Positions 1-9,738 of a stretch of 64,000 nt of DNA are shown here, one piece after another. Each line of letters begins with the position of its first letter. Positions within the stretch are counted from its first letter, which is position 1. Made by a program: the position numbers and the translations under genes. The notes below the pieces were generated by a model. It saw nothing but the letters and a program-made list of their open reading frames with translations. It was not told the origin of the DNA and made no database searches. This stretch comes from an uncultured archaeon. Its GTDB lineage: Archaea; Iainarchaeota; Iainarchaeia; Iainarchaeales; JAAZKV01. Location: contig CAZKBG010000001.1 of the NCBI GenBank assembly GCA_964551375.1, forward strand, positions 757,150 through 821,149, in the 5' to 3' direction.

Positions 1-578
1 CAGCAGGCGGAGCAGCGTTCATAATCGGTCCTGACAAAGAATCAGTAGCAATACTTGAACACACTTGCTCTTACACTACCGACACTCCTGATTTTTGGAG
101 ACGCTCAATGCAGCCATACCCATCACACGCAGGAAGATTCACAGGAGAGCCAGCCTACTTTAAGCACGTAACAGCAGCAACAAAAATGATACTTGAAAAA
201 AGCAAACTTGCGATGAAGGATTTTAAGTTTGTAGTATTTCACATGCCAAATGGAAAATTTCCTCTAAGAGTAGCAAAAACTTTTGGAGTGACAAAAGAGC
301 AACTTGAAGCAGGACTTGTGGTAACAAAAATAGGAAACACATACTCTGGCTCATCAATTTTGGGACTTGCCAGCGTGCTTGACATAGCAAAACCAAATGA
401 CAGAATTTTAGTAACTTCATACGGAAGCGGAAGCGGAAGCGACGCATTTATTTTCAAAGTAACAGACAAAATTACAAAAGCCCAAGGAAAAGCAAGAAAA
501 GTAAATGACTACATAGCGCGAAAAGAATATTTAGGATACGCGCAGTATCTAAAACACATGGAGGGCATACACGGTTAG
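1..578 (+). CDS. HMG-CoA synthase, C-terminal portion; gene begins upstream of the window
   Basis: The frame is open from position 3 with no stop. Contains the TPDFWRR motif and a SYGSGSGSDAF C-terminal region typical of archaeal HMGCS. Sits beside thiolase and DUF35, which form a known complex in archaea. Confidence 0.7.
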   Translation, partial: AGGAAFIIGPDKESVAILEHTCSYTTDTPDFWRRSMQPYPSHAGRFTGEPAYFKHVTAATKMILEKSKLAMKDFKFVVFHMPNGKFPLRVAKTFGVTKEQLEAGLVVTKIGNTYSGSSILGLASVLDIAKPNDRILVTSYGSGSGSDAFIFKVTDKITKAQGKARKVNDYIARKEYLGYAQYLKHMEGIHG

Positions 579-587
579 TGATTAGAT

Positions 588-1352
588 ATGGCTAAACGCT
601 ACATGACTCCGCACAAACTTGGCTTTGCAAAAGCTGCTGCAGAAGCAGTGGTAAAGCAGAGAAAAAAAAGCCGAAAAGAAATTGCAATGGCTCCATGGAC
701 AACAATAAAAGGCGCAGGAATAGAACTTTGGAGAGAAAGATTCTGGTTCCACCCGTTTCGCTCAATCGGAATAATAGTAAGCATTCCGCAAAAAATGCTT
801 TTAAAAATCGCATCAGAAAGAGCAAAAGTAAGAATGGCAAATGTAAATGTTGCCGCAATGGTCAGGGAAGAAATGGAAAGAGACGCTGGATTCAAAGCAA
901 CAGTGCAAACTGCAGTAAAAGACCACAAATGGCTTTATGTTGACTGGAAAGGAAGAATTGTGCAGACAATAAATTCTCCAATAAAAGAAAGCGAGGAAAA
1001 TTTTGTTCTCAAAGACAGAGGACATGCCAAAAGGGCGAATATGAAAGAATTTAGCGGAAAAGCAACAATAAAATATGTTAACGCAAGTACACAGCCGAGA
1101 AAATCAAGCGACCCTGCAGGGCCAAGAGCAATAATGATAGGAACAAGAGGAAAAAATTTACACGTATCAAATTTGAGAGCAGGAAAAGAAGAAGTGATAG
1201 TAAGAACAGCTATAGAAAGCCAAACAATGACGCCGTTTGCGTCAAGACCAAACACAGTATTATTAAAATTAAAAATGAAAGACGGAAGCACAAAGAAATT
1301 TGTTGTTAATAAAGATGAAGCAAAAGGAGTAGTAAGAAGATTGGGGTTGTGA
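588..1352 (+). CDS. hypothetical basic protein (254 aa), no recognisable family
   Basis: ATG at 588 preceded by gtgat. Longest ORF in the region. Located between HMGCS and thiolase. K/R-rich. All six frames are fairly open here, so coding status is uncertain. Confidence 0.4.
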   Translation: MAKRYMTPHKLGFAKAAAEAVVKQRKKSRKEIAMAPWTTIKGAGIELWRERFWFHPFRSIGIIVSIPQKMLLKIASERAKVRMANVNVAAMVREEMERDAGFKATVQTAVKDHKWLYVDWKGRIVQTINSPIKESEENFVLKDRGHAKRANMKEFSGKATIKYVNASTQPRKSSDPAGPRAIMIGTRGKNLHVSNLRAGKEEVIVRTAIESQTMTPFASRPNTVLLKLKMKDGSTKKFVVNKDEAKGVVRRLGL

Positions 1353-1411
1353 GTAAAATAAAATTAGTTTTTATTTTATAGATTAAGTAAATTTATTTTA
1401 AAGGTGTACAT

Positions 1412-2566
1412 ATGAAAGTAGGCGTAATAGGAATTGGAATAACAAAGTTCGGAGAAATTTGGGACGCAAGCTTAAGAGAACTCTTGCTTGACGCACAGCT
1501 TCGCTCATTAAATGATGCAAAAATAGAAGCAAAACAAATAGACGCAATGTACACCGGAAACATGGCAGCAGGACAACTAAGCGGACAACTGCATGTAGGC
1601 GCAATGGCGACAGAAAATCTAAATTTAGAAATACCTTCAATAAGAGTAGAAGCAGCATGCGCAAGCGGCTCGCTCGCACTAAGACAAGGACTTCACGCAA
1701 TAGAAGCAGGCGAAGCGGATATTGTAATGGTGAATGGAGTAGAAAAAATGACTGATGTTTCAACAGAACAAGTAACAACAGCATTAATGGGCGCAGGCGA
1801 CGAAGAGCTTGAAGGATTCAACGGACTAACATTTCCAGGATTATATGCATTGCTTGCAAACGCATATATGCACGAATACGGATTAACAAGAGAAGTATTA
1901 GCAGAAGTGTCAGTAAAAAACCACTTCCACGGCGCAAGAAACTCATACGCGCAATTTCAAAATGAAATAACAGTAGACACCGTAATGGACTCAACAATGG
2001 TAGCAGATCCTTTAACTTTATTTGACTGCTCTCCAATAACAGACGGCGCGGCAAGCGTAATACTCGCAAGCGAAAAAACAGCTAAAAAAATGGGCGCAGA
2101 AGTATATGTAACAGGCTCAGGACTCGCAACTGACACATTATCACTTGCAAGAAGAAAATCACTCCTTGAAATAAAAGCAGGAAAATTAGCCGCTGGCTTT
2201 GCATACAAGCAAGCTGGAATCACCGCAAAGGATATTGATTTTGCAGAAGTGCATGATTGTTTTTCAATAGCAGAAATTTACGCAGTGGAAGCCCTGGGAC
2301 TTGCAAAGCAGGGACAAGGATGGAAATTATACAAAGAAAGACAAACTTACTGCGATGCAGACAAGCCGGTAAATACAAGCGGCGGACTAAAAGCATGCGG
2401 ACACCCAGTTGCAGCAACTGGAATAAAACAGGCAGTGGAAGCAGTAATGCAATTACGCGGACAAGGCGCAAAAAGACAAGTAAAGGACGCTGAAATTGGA
2501 GTAACACACAATGTGGGCGGAAGCGGAGCAACTGCAGCAGTGCACGTATTTAGAAGAATGAAATAA
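1412..2566 (+). CDS. acetoacetyl-CoA thiolase (archaeal thiolase)
   Basis: Starts MKVGVIGIGITKFGE. Has active-site Cys context (EAACASG) and a C-terminal GGSGA motif typical of thiolases. AGGTG RBS and TATA-like box lie upstream at 1353-1411. Confidence 0.85.
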   Translation: MKVGVIGIGITKFGEIWDASLRELLLDAQLRSLNDAKIEAKQIDAMYTGNMAAGQLSGQLHVGAMATENLNLEIPSIRVEAACASGSLALRQGLHAIEAGEADIVMVNGVEKMTDVSTEQVTTALMGAGDEELEGFNGLTFPGLYALLANAYMHEYGLTREVLAEVSVKNHFHGARNSYAQFQNEITVDTVMDSTMVADPLTLFDCSPITDGAASVILASEKTAKKMGAEVYVTGSGLATDTLSLARRKSLLEIKAGKLAAGFAYKQAGITAKDIDFAEVHDCFSIAEIYAVEALGLAKQGQGWKLYKERQTYCDADKPVNTSGGLKACGHPVAATGIKQAVEAVMQLRGQGAKRQVKDAEIGVTHNVGGSGATAAVHVFRRMK

Positions 2567-2589
2567 AAAAGCAAAAATAGGAATTATAT

Positions 2590-2832
2590 TTGAGCGTGAT
2601 AAAAATGGCGGAAAAGAAAGGATTTTTTGGAAAACTATTGGGGGGAAAATCAAATTCAGGATTTGGATCAACAGATTCAGAACCAGTAAGAAGAATTGAA
2701 CCCAGAATAGTTGAAGAAAGAAGAGAAGAAGACGAACCAGGACAGCTTTGGAAAAAAGCCAAGAAATGGAGAGAAGACCAGGCACTCAACGAGCCTCTTG
2801 TAAAAAGAAACCAGTACAAGAAAAAATACTGA
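2590..2832 (+). CDS. hypothetical small charged protein (80 aa)
   Basis: ORF between thiolase and DUF35. Highly charged and low complexity. Confidence 0.3.
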   Translation: MSVIKMAEKKGFFGKLLGGKSNSGFGSTDSEPVRRIEPRIVEERREEDEPGQLWKKAKKWREDQALNEPLVKRNQYKKKY

Positions 2833-2875
2833 CACAACAAATTAGGGAAGTTTTATTGGAAAATTAGCGGATGGT

Positions 2876-3280
2876 GTGAAAATGTTTAGAGAAAGCCCGA
2901 TAATAAGGTGGAGACACTACAACGACAGATATAAACTGAAAGGAAGCAAATGCACAAAATGCGGAGCAACCTACTTTGAAAAAAAAGGAGTATGCACCTG
3001 CAGCAACATGGACTTTATTGAAATGGACTTCTCAGGAATTGGAAAAATTGCAGCATTCACACAAATCCACGGCGGGCCGGAAGCATTTGAAAACAAAACA
3101 CCATACTGCGTGGCAGTAATAGACTTAGCTGAAGGCGCAAGAATTGAAGCGCAGGTAGTAGACGCAAAGTACGAAAATCTAAAAATAGGAATGGAAGTTG
3201 AAGCGCAATTTAGAAAATTCTATGCAAGCGGCGAAAAAGGAGTAATCCACTACGGAACAAAATTTGTTCCAAAATTCTAA
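2876..3280 (+). CDS. DUF35 OB-fold/Zn-ribbon protein (scaffold of the archaeal thiolase-HMGCS complex)
   Basis: CxxC...CxC zinc ribbon (CTKCGATYF...CTCS) followed by an OB-fold-like C-terminus. Canonical neighbour of thiolase and HMGCS. Confidence 0.8.
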   Translation: MKMFRESPIIRWRHYNDRYKLKGSKCTKCGATYFEKKGVCTCSNMDFIEMDFSGIGKIAAFTQIHGGPEAFENKTPYCVAVIDLAEGARIEAQVVDAKYENLKIGMEVEAQFRKFYASGEKGVIHYGTKFVPKF

Positions 3281-3325
3281 CGCTCTAACCTGTGCCGATT
3301 TTGGCAAAAAGAGAGCGGGTAAATT

Positions 3326-4093
3326 ATGAAAATGCCAAAAAAGAATGAGCTGTTAGTTCTGCCTGAAGACCACGCGGCTCATTTTGCAAAAAAATGGTTA
3401 AGATTTGCAAGAATGAAAGGAAAACCGGTTGCAAAAAGAAAACTTGCTGAATTAAAAGAAAAAATGAAACGCTTCGCAAGACTTGCTCCCATGGTTGAAA
3501 AAGCTTACTGGGAAGGATACAGAAAACAGAATCCAACAAGATACCAAGCAATCGCATTATCAGAATCCGTTCTTGAAAAAGTACTGGCAGGCGAATCAAA
3601 AGCAAAAATAAAACAAGCACATTACTTGATTGCGCATAATTTTTCACTGCAAACCTTTCGAGAAAAATACGGAGAAAGCTTAATTGCACCCGCAGAAAGA
3701 ATTGCAACTATAACATTTAAGATGCAGGAAGAATTACCAGGATATCTAAAAAGAAACTGGAACAAACTCAGCGAGTTTGAGCAAAAACAATTGAAAGCCA
3801 CAAAAGAAGCTCTTCCAGGAATAAATCTAAGCCTTCTTGCGCACGATATTGAAGGAAAGGCGATGTCGATTCCGGTTCATTTACTGACTCAAGCGGAAAG
3901 AGTTCACAAAGAAGCAATCACAAGCTTAATTGGCGAATCAAGATTTAATAAATTTAACAAAACAATGAACAAAGCAGTGGATATGCTGATAGAAAAAGAA
4001 CATGAAGAGGAAAAAAAGAGAGGTTTAGCAAAAGGCGGAGCAAGAAAATTAACAAAAAAAGAAATTGAAGCAAGAAGAAAAAGAATTGTTTAA
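3326..4093 (+). CDS. hypothetical Lys-rich protein (255 aa)
   Basis: ORF with ATG preceded by gagcggg. No family recognised. Embedded in the mevalonate operon. Confidence 0.4.
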   Translation: MKMPKKNELLVLPEDHAAHFAKKWLRFARMKGKPVAKRKLAELKEKMKRFARLAPMVEKAYWEGYRKQNPTRYQAIALSESVLEKVLAGESKAKIKQAHYLIAHNFSLQTFREKYGESLIAPAERIATITFKMQEELPGYLKRNWNKLSEFEQKQLKATKEALPGINLSLLAHDIEGKAMSIPVHLLTQAERVHKEAITSLIGESRFNKFNKTMNKAVDMLIEKEHEEEKKRGLAKGGARKLTKKEIEARRKRIV

Positions 4094-4112
4094 ATTTACG
4101 GATGGTTATAAC

Positions 4113-5057
4113 ATGCAAGAAGCAAAAGGAAGAGGATACGGAAAAGTAATACTGTTTGGAGAATACTTTTCTGTTTACGGCACTCCGGGAGCGGCGGCAG
4201 GCATTGACAAATATGTTGAAGTAAAAGCAACCAAACACAAAGACGCAGAAGATGTCATAATTGACGACCAGTTGTTCTTTAAAGAAAAAGTTTCGCTAAA
4301 AGAAAATCCCGAACACATAAAAATCAAAGGGCTTAAGGCAATGTTTAAAGATGAAATAGAAATTTCACTAAAAGGATTCAAATTAACTTACAGCGGGAAC
4401 CTTCCCCACGGAGAAGGAATGGGATTTGGCTCGGCGCTTGGAGCCGCAACAGCAAGAGCAGTAAGCTCAATGTTTGACATGAAACTAAAAGATGAAAAAA
4501 TAAACGAGCTTGCGCAAAAATGGGACTCTGCGACAAACGGAACTCCCAGCGAAATTGACGACGCATGCGCAACATACGACTCGCTTGTATGGTTTGAGAA
4601 AAACAAAGAAGACGACAAAGTCAAGGCAAGGCCGTTTAAATCAGGCGGAGCGCTCTTTTTAATAATCGGCGAAACAGGAATAAAAAAACAAACACCAGAA
4701 GCTCTTGCGGAAGTAAAGAAGTGGAAAGAAGAAAACAAATCTGAATTTGAAAAAATACTTTCAGAAGCAAAAAAACTTTCAGGAAAAGCAAAGCTTGCGC
4801 TAAAATTCGGCGAAATGGCTGAAATAGGAAAACTAATGAATCAAAATCAGGAACTTTTAAAAAAAATAGGAGCATCTCTTCCTGAACAGGAGGCATTGAT
4901 AAAAATTGCGCTTGAAAAAGGAGCATACGGCGCAAAAATTACCGGAACAGGATCTGGAAATATAATTGCGCTTTGCGAAAACGAGGCAATGCAGGACAAA
5001 ATAATTGCGACAATCGAACAGAGAGGGTACAAAGCAATTAAAACAAGAATTCATTAA
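4113..5057 (+). CDS. mvk: GHMP kinase, mevalonate kinase family (paralog 1)
   Basis: GKVILFGEYFSVYG N-terminal motif. GHMP phosphate-binding loop PHGEGMGFGSALGAA. C-terminal KITGTGSGN. The in-frame ATG at 4113 avoids overlap with the upstream ORF; the ORF track starts it at 4065. Confidence 0.8.
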   Translation: MQEAKGRGYGKVILFGEYFSVYGTPGAAAGIDKYVEVKATKHKDAEDVIIDDQLFFKEKVSLKENPEHIKIKGLKAMFKDEIEISLKGFKLTYSGNLPHGEGMGFGSALGAATARAVSSMFDMKLKDEKINELAQKWDSATNGTPSEIDDACATYDSLVWFEKNKEDDKVKARPFKSGGALFLIIGETGIKKQTPEALAEVKKWKEENKSEFEKILSEAKKLSGKAKLALKFGEMAEIGKLMNQNQELLKKIGASLPEQEALIKIALEKGAYGAKITGTGSGNIIALCENEAMQDKIIATIEQRGYKAIKTRIH

Positions 5058-5085
5058 ATTAGGGCAAATATTTGGGGATGAAAAA

Positions 5086-6015
5086 ATGGGAAGCGGAAAA
5101 GGATACGGAAAAACAATACTGTTTGGAGAACACTTTGTAGTATACGGGCTTGAAGGAATACCAGCTGCGTTAGGACAAATCACCACTGCCGAAGTTAAAA
5201 AAATCGCAGGCGAAAATGGGTACACTTTAGCAGACAACCGCCCCGCAACTCCGGGATATAAGGAAGAAAAAGCTGGTGAATACAGCGCGCTGATTAATAG
5301 AATACTTGAATTCATGAAAGTTAAAGGAAAAATCCAGATTACGCTCGGCGGAGATTTATTCTGCGCTTCAGGAATGGGCGCAAGCGCAGCATGCGCAGTG
5401 GCAATTGCCCGCGCAATAAACGACGAGTATAAACTTAACTGGACAGATGAACAAATAAACAACGCAGCGTTTGAAGGGGAAACTGCAGGAAGCGGAACAC
5501 CAAGCGGAATAGATAACACAGTGGCAACATACGGCGGGTTTATAGTTTTCGCAAAAAATCTTGAAGGCGGAGCAAACCGAATTGATCTTTTGAAAGTGAA
5601 AAAGCCTATTGAAATAGTGCTGGCTAATTCAGGATTAACCGCTCTTACAAAAGAAGTAGTAGGAGATGTGAAAAAATTAAAAGAAGCGGAGCCCGCAAAA
5701 GTTGATTTGATATTTTCAGAATATGAAAAGCTTGCAAACGAAGCAAAAAAAGCAATTTCAACAGGCGATTTGAAAAAAGTCGGGGATCTCATGAATAAAA
5801 ATCACGAATTGTTGCAGAGATTAACCGTTTCATGCAAAGAACTTGATGAAATTACAAGCACTGCAAGAAATGCAGGGGCATTTGGGGCAAAACTCACAGG
5901 GACAGGACGAGGTGGAATGGTTATTGCATTAACTCCCGGAAAAGAACTGCAGGAAAAAGTTGCAAAAGCAATTTCAGCAAAAGGGTATAAGACAACAAAA
6001 ACAATGATAGGGTAA
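5086..6015 (+). CDS. GHMP kinase, mevalonate kinase family (paralog 2)
   Basis: GKTILFGEHFVVYG motif. Loop SGMGASAACAVA. C-terminal KLTGTGRGG. About 30% identical to the upstream paralog. ATG at 5086; the ORF track starts at 5005, overlapping the previous gene. Confidence 0.8.
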   Translation: MGSGKGYGKTILFGEHFVVYGLEGIPAALGQITTAEVKKIAGENGYTLADNRPATPGYKEEKAGEYSALINRILEFMKVKGKIQITLGGDLFCASGMGASAACAVAIARAINDEYKLNWTDEQINNAAFEGETAGSGTPSGIDNTVATYGGFIVFAKNLEGGANRIDLLKVKKPIEIVLANSGLTALTKEVVGDVKKLKEAEPAKVDLIFSEYEKLANEAKKAISTGDLKKVGDLMNKNHELLQRLTVSCKELDEITSTARNAGAFGAKLTGTGRGGMVIALTPGKELQEKVAKAISAKGYKTTKTMIG

Positions 6016-6092
6016 TTTTTTGAAAATTTGCAGAACTTAGGAAGTAATTAAATCAAAAGTATTTGTAATAAGATATTATTGGCTGTGAAAAA

Positions 6093-6656
6093 ATGGAAAA
6101 AAGAATAATTCTTGGAGTCAGCGGGGCATCAGGAGTAAATTATGCCCTTACTTTGCTAAAAGAATTGAAAAAAAGCGGAGTAGAGGTTCACTTAATCATG
6201 AGCGAGTGGGCTGAAGTGGTATTGGCTCTTGAAACAGGAAAAAAAGTAGCTGAAATGAAAAAACTTGCATTCAAAACATACTCAAACAAAGATATGGCAG
6301 CAAGCGTATCCTCAAGCTCATTTTTAGTGGATGGAATGATAGTGCTTCCAGCTTCAGTAAAAACAGTATCTGAAATAGTTCATGCGCACACTTCAAACTT
6401 AATCACACGATGCGCGGATAATATGCTGAAAACAAAAAAAACACTTGTGATTGGATTTAGAGAAACCCCAGTCAGTCCACCGACACTTGAAAATCTCTAT
6501 AAACTTTCGCTCTACGGGGCAATTATATTTCCATTAAGTCCGGGGTTTTACAATAAGCCAAAAACAATTAAAGACATAGAGGGATTTATTGTAGGCAAAG
6601 CAATGGATTTATTAGGTGTTAGAAATAATACTTATAAAAGATGGGAGAAGGCATAA
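6093..6656 (+). CDS. ubiX: UbiX-family flavin prenyltransferase (supplies prFMN to the UbiD-like decarboxylase)
   Basis: GVSGASG dinucleotide motif. MIVLPASVKTVSEIVHAHTSNLITRCADNMLK matches the UbiX/Pad1 signature region. Confidence 0.85.
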   Translation: MEKRIILGVSGASGVNYALTLLKELKKSGVEVHLIMSEWAEVVLALETGKKVAEMKKLAFKTYSNKDMAASVSSSSFLVDGMIVLPASVKTVSEIVHAHTSNLITRCADNMLKTKKTLVIGFRETPVSPPTLENLYKLSLYGAIIFPLSPGFYNKPKTIKDIEGFIVGKAMDLLGVRNNTYKRWEKA

Positions 6657-6683
6657 AAGCGCTTAAAACAAAAAGGTGATTAT

Positions 6684-7958
6684 ATGACGTTTAGGGAATT
6701 TGTAAAAAAAACTGATTTAACGGTGAGAAAACCAGTTTCAAAGAATTTAGAAGCAAGCGGCATAATTCACTCAGCGGGAGACAAAAGCATTCTCTTTGAA
6801 AAAATAAAAGAATCAAAATATAAAATTGCAGCAAATGTATTTGCAAACAAGCAAAAAGTTGCGGCATACCTTGGATGCGGAGTAAAAGATTTAGTTCCAG
6901 TGATGACTAAAGCTCTTCAAAACCCAACAAAACCAAAATTAGTCTCTAAAACCGACCACCAAGAACACCCTGTTGATTTAGACCTGCTTCCAATACTGAC
7001 TCATACAGAAAAAGACGGCGGAGCATATGTTTCAAGCGGAATGATAATTGTAAGCGACCCAGGCGTGGGGCAGAATGTGTGCTATCATAGAGGAATGGTT
7101 ATTTCAAAAAACAAATTAGCATTAAGAATACTTGAAAGAAACACAATGGAACTTTTGAAGAAAAACGGCGGAACATTAAAAGCAGCATACTGCGTAGGAA
7201 GCGGAGCAGAAGTATTAGTAGCTGCCGCAATGGCTCCAGCTCTTGGAGTAAACGAACTTGAAATAGCAAATTCAATGAAGCCAATTGAAGTAATGAAAGC
7301 AAAATTATTTGACGCGACACTTCCAGCGGACAGCGAATTTGTATTTGAAGGAACACTTACTTTAAACGAAAGACACAAAGAAGGGCCGTTTGTTGACTTG
7401 ACAGAAACAAGCGACATAATCAGAGAAGAGCCTGTATTCACAGTTGAAAAAGTTTATGCAAGACCAAACCCAATATGGCATGCGCTTCTTCCAGGCGGAT
7501 TTGAACACAAAATATTAATGGGGATGCCAAGAGAACCAACTGTGTTTGACGAAGTGGCAAAAGCAGGAATAGAAGTTATTGACGTGAGCGTAAATCCAGG
7601 CGGAAGCTCATGGTTCCACGTGATTGTAAAAATCAATAAAAAGAATGAAGACGACGGCAAACGCGCAATTGATGCCGCAATGAAAGGACACACTTCAGGA
7701 AAGCACTTTTTTGTAGTGGATAAAGACATTGATATCTATAATCCGCTTGAAGTAGAATGGGCAATGGCGACAAGATTCCAAGCAGACAAGAATTTGTACC
7801 TGTTCCCAAAGCAGAAAGGATCATCACTTGATGCAAGCGCGGACCAAATCACACGCGAAACATGCAAAGCTGGATTTGACTTGACAATGAGGCTTGATAA
7901 AGTAGGGAAAATGACAAGAACAGAATTCCCAAAGTACAATATAAAAGATTATTTGTAA
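6684..7958 (+). CDS. UbiD-family decarboxylase, probable trans-anhydromevalonate-5-phosphate decarboxylase
   Basis: UbiD-like length and architecture. Lies immediately downstream of ubiX and upstream of the AcnX pair, the gene context of the archaeal alternative mevalonate pathway. Confidence 0.75.
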   Translation: MTFREFVKKTDLTVRKPVSKNLEASGIIHSAGDKSILFEKIKESKYKIAANVFANKQKVAAYLGCGVKDLVPVMTKALQNPTKPKLVSKTDHQEHPVDLDLLPILTHTEKDGGAYVSSGMIIVSDPGVGQNVCYHRGMVISKNKLALRILERNTMELLKKNGGTLKAAYCVGSGAEVLVAAAMAPALGVNELEIANSMKPIEVMKAKLFDATLPADSEFVFEGTLTLNERHKEGPFVDLTETSDIIREEPVFTVEKVYARPNPIWHALLPGGFEHKILMGMPREPTVFDEVAKAGIEVIDVSVNPGGSSWFHVIVKINKKNEDDGKRAIDAAMKGHTSGKHFFVVDKDIDIYNPLEVEWAMATRFQADKNLYLFPKQKGSSLDASADQITRETCKAGFDLTMRLDKVGKMTRTEFPKYNIKDYL

Positions 7959-8020
7959 ATAAGTTAAGATATGAAGGTAATTGAATATAATAAGTTTAGT
8001 AACCAAAAGATTGTGATTTT

Positions 8021-9208
8021 ATGAAGCTAACAAAACAAGAAAAGGATATGCTGAACGGCAAATACGGAAACGCCGTAAAGAAAAGCATGGGAATACTTGT
8101 AGCGCTTGGAGAAATATACAACGCAAAAAAATTAATTGATGTGACAAGCGTGCAAATAGCTGGAGTAAGCTATGACAACCTTGGCGACGCAGGACTTGAA
8201 TTCTTGGAAGAACTTGCAAAAGACGGCAAAGTAAAAGTTCTTACTACTCTCAATCCTGCGGGAATGGACCTTGAAAATTATAAAGCACTTGGAATTAGCG
8301 AAGAGTTCGCAGTAAAACAAAGAAAAGTAATAGAAGCATTCTCTAAAATGGGAATACTTCCAACATGCACCTGCACTCCTTATTTAATTGGAAATAATCC
8401 TCATTTTGAACAACACATAGCGTGGAGCGAAAGCTCAGCTGTAGCATACGCAAATTCAGTAATAGGCGCTTACACAAACAGAGAAGGCGGACCAAGCGCG
8501 CTAGCAGCAGCATTAACAGGAAAAACTCCTCTTTACGGAATGCATTTGCCCGAAAGCAGAAAAGCGCAAGTAAAAGTAAAAGTAAAATGCAAAATCAAAG
8601 GAACTTGGGAATTTGGAGCGCTTGGAAAAGCAATCGGAGAAAAAGTAAAAGCAAAACCAGTTTTGATTACAGGAATAAAAGAAGCGACAGTAGATGAGCT
8701 AAAATCATTCTCAGCAAGCATAGCAACATACGGCGGAGCAGCGATATTTCATATAAAAGGAATAACGCCTGGAAAAACACCGACTCCAAAAGAAGAAATT
8801 GTAATTACTGAAGAAGACATTAAAAAAGCGGAAAAAGAAATGGACTCGGACTGCGAAGTTGATTTTGTAAGCGTAGGATGCCCTCATGCAAGCCTTGCAG
8901 AACTTGCAAAAATCGCAGAGCTTTTGAAAGGAAAAAAAGTTACAAAAGAATTCTGGATAACAACCGCCCGCCCGACAAAAAAAATAGCTGATGCTGCAGG
9001 ATATGCAAAAATAATTGAAGACGCAGGCGCAAAATTCGCCGCAGATACTTGCTGTGTTGTAGCTCCAATAAAAAACAGATTCAAATGCATGGCAACGGAC
9101 TCAGCAAAAGGATGCTACTATGCAGGCGCAAAAAATAATTTCAAAGTAAAAATTATGCCGATTGAAAGATTAATAGAAGAAGCATGCAAGCCAATCGGGC
9201 AAAAATGA
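8021..9208 (+). CDS. aconitase X family (DUF521) catalytic subunit, probable phosphomevalonate dehydratase large subunit
   Basis: AcnX-like sequence with the Cys cluster PTCTCTPY. Followed directly by a DUF126-like small subunit. Confidence 0.8.
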   Translation: MKLTKQEKDMLNGKYGNAVKKSMGILVALGEIYNAKKLIDVTSVQIAGVSYDNLGDAGLEFLEELAKDGKVKVLTTLNPAGMDLENYKALGISEEFAVKQRKVIEAFSKMGILPTCTCTPYLIGNNPHFEQHIAWSESSAVAYANSVIGAYTNREGGPSALAAALTGKTPLYGMHLPESRKAQVKVKVKCKIKGTWEFGALGKAIGEKVKAKPVLITGIKEATVDELKSFSASIATYGGAAIFHIKGITPGKTPTPKEEIVITEEDIKKAEKEMDSDCEVDFVSVGCPHASLAELAKIAELLKGKKVTKEFWITTARPTKKIADAAGYAKIIEDAGAKFAADTCCVVAPIKNRFKCMATDSAKGCYYAGAKNNFKVKIMPIERLIEEACKPIGQK

Positions 9209-9252
9209 AAAAAGCGGTAAATTGAGTAATGAAATGATATTTTGAAAAAAAT

Positions 9253-9654
9253 GTGGTGTTTATGACAGAACTAAAAGGAAGAAAAATATTTGGCGGCTCA
9301 ATCGAAGGAGAAGCGCTTGTAACAACACAAGGGATTTCATTCTTCGGCGGAGTAAATCCTGACAACGGCGTAGTGCAGGAAAAAGGACACGAACTTGAAG
9401 GGCAGAGCATATCAGGAAAAATACTTGTTCTCCCGCAGGGAAAAGGCTCAACAGTAGGAAGCTATGCGATTTACCGAATGAAAAAACAAGGAACTGCTCC
9501 AAAAGCGATTGTATTAAGCGAATGCGAAGCAATAGTTGCGGTAGGCGCGATAATTTCAGAAATCCCGTGCGTTGACAAGATTGATATTTCAAAAATAAAA
9601 ACAGGGCAAAAGCTGAAAGTAGACGGCGACAAAGGAATAGTTGAACTAAAATAG
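9253..9654 (+). CDS. aconitase X swivel-domain protein (DUF126), probable phosphomevalonate dehydratase small subunit
   Basis: GEALV...SFFGGVNP...GKILVLPQGKGSTVGSY pattern typical of DUF126. Likely true start is the ATG at 9262. Confidence 0.8.
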   Translation: MVFMTELKGRKIFGGSIEGEALVTTQGISFFGGVNPDNGVVQEKGHELEGQSISGKILVLPQGKGSTVGSYAIYRMKKQGTAPKAIVLSECEAIVAVGAIISEIPCVDKIDISKIKTGQKLKVDGDKGIVELK

Positions 9655-9738
9655 CAATATAGGTCTAAAAAATCGATATATTTTCTTATTCAAGATACTT
9701 TTAAATAAAGAAAAAGTGCTCATTTTGCAAGTGGTTTA

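Noticed and set aside
592-1291. Several minus-strand ORFs of 88-118 aa, plus an alternate-frame plus-strand ORF (695-943)
   Set aside because: They overlap the 254 aa plus-strand ORF in purine-rich DNA with few stops in any frame. Their products are Leu/Phe/Ser- or Arg/Lys-rich low complexity, so they are not called.
4857-5792. 311 aa ORF on the minus strand
   Set aside because: It lies antisense to the two mevalonate-kinase-like genes, which have clear GHMP-kinase motifs on the plus strand. It is Ser/Phe/Ala-rich with low complexity, so it is a shadow ORF.
8422-8697. 91 aa Arg/Lys/Ser-rich plus-strand ORF
   Set aside because: It is an alternate frame inside the AcnX large-subunit gene, with a low-complexity basic product.
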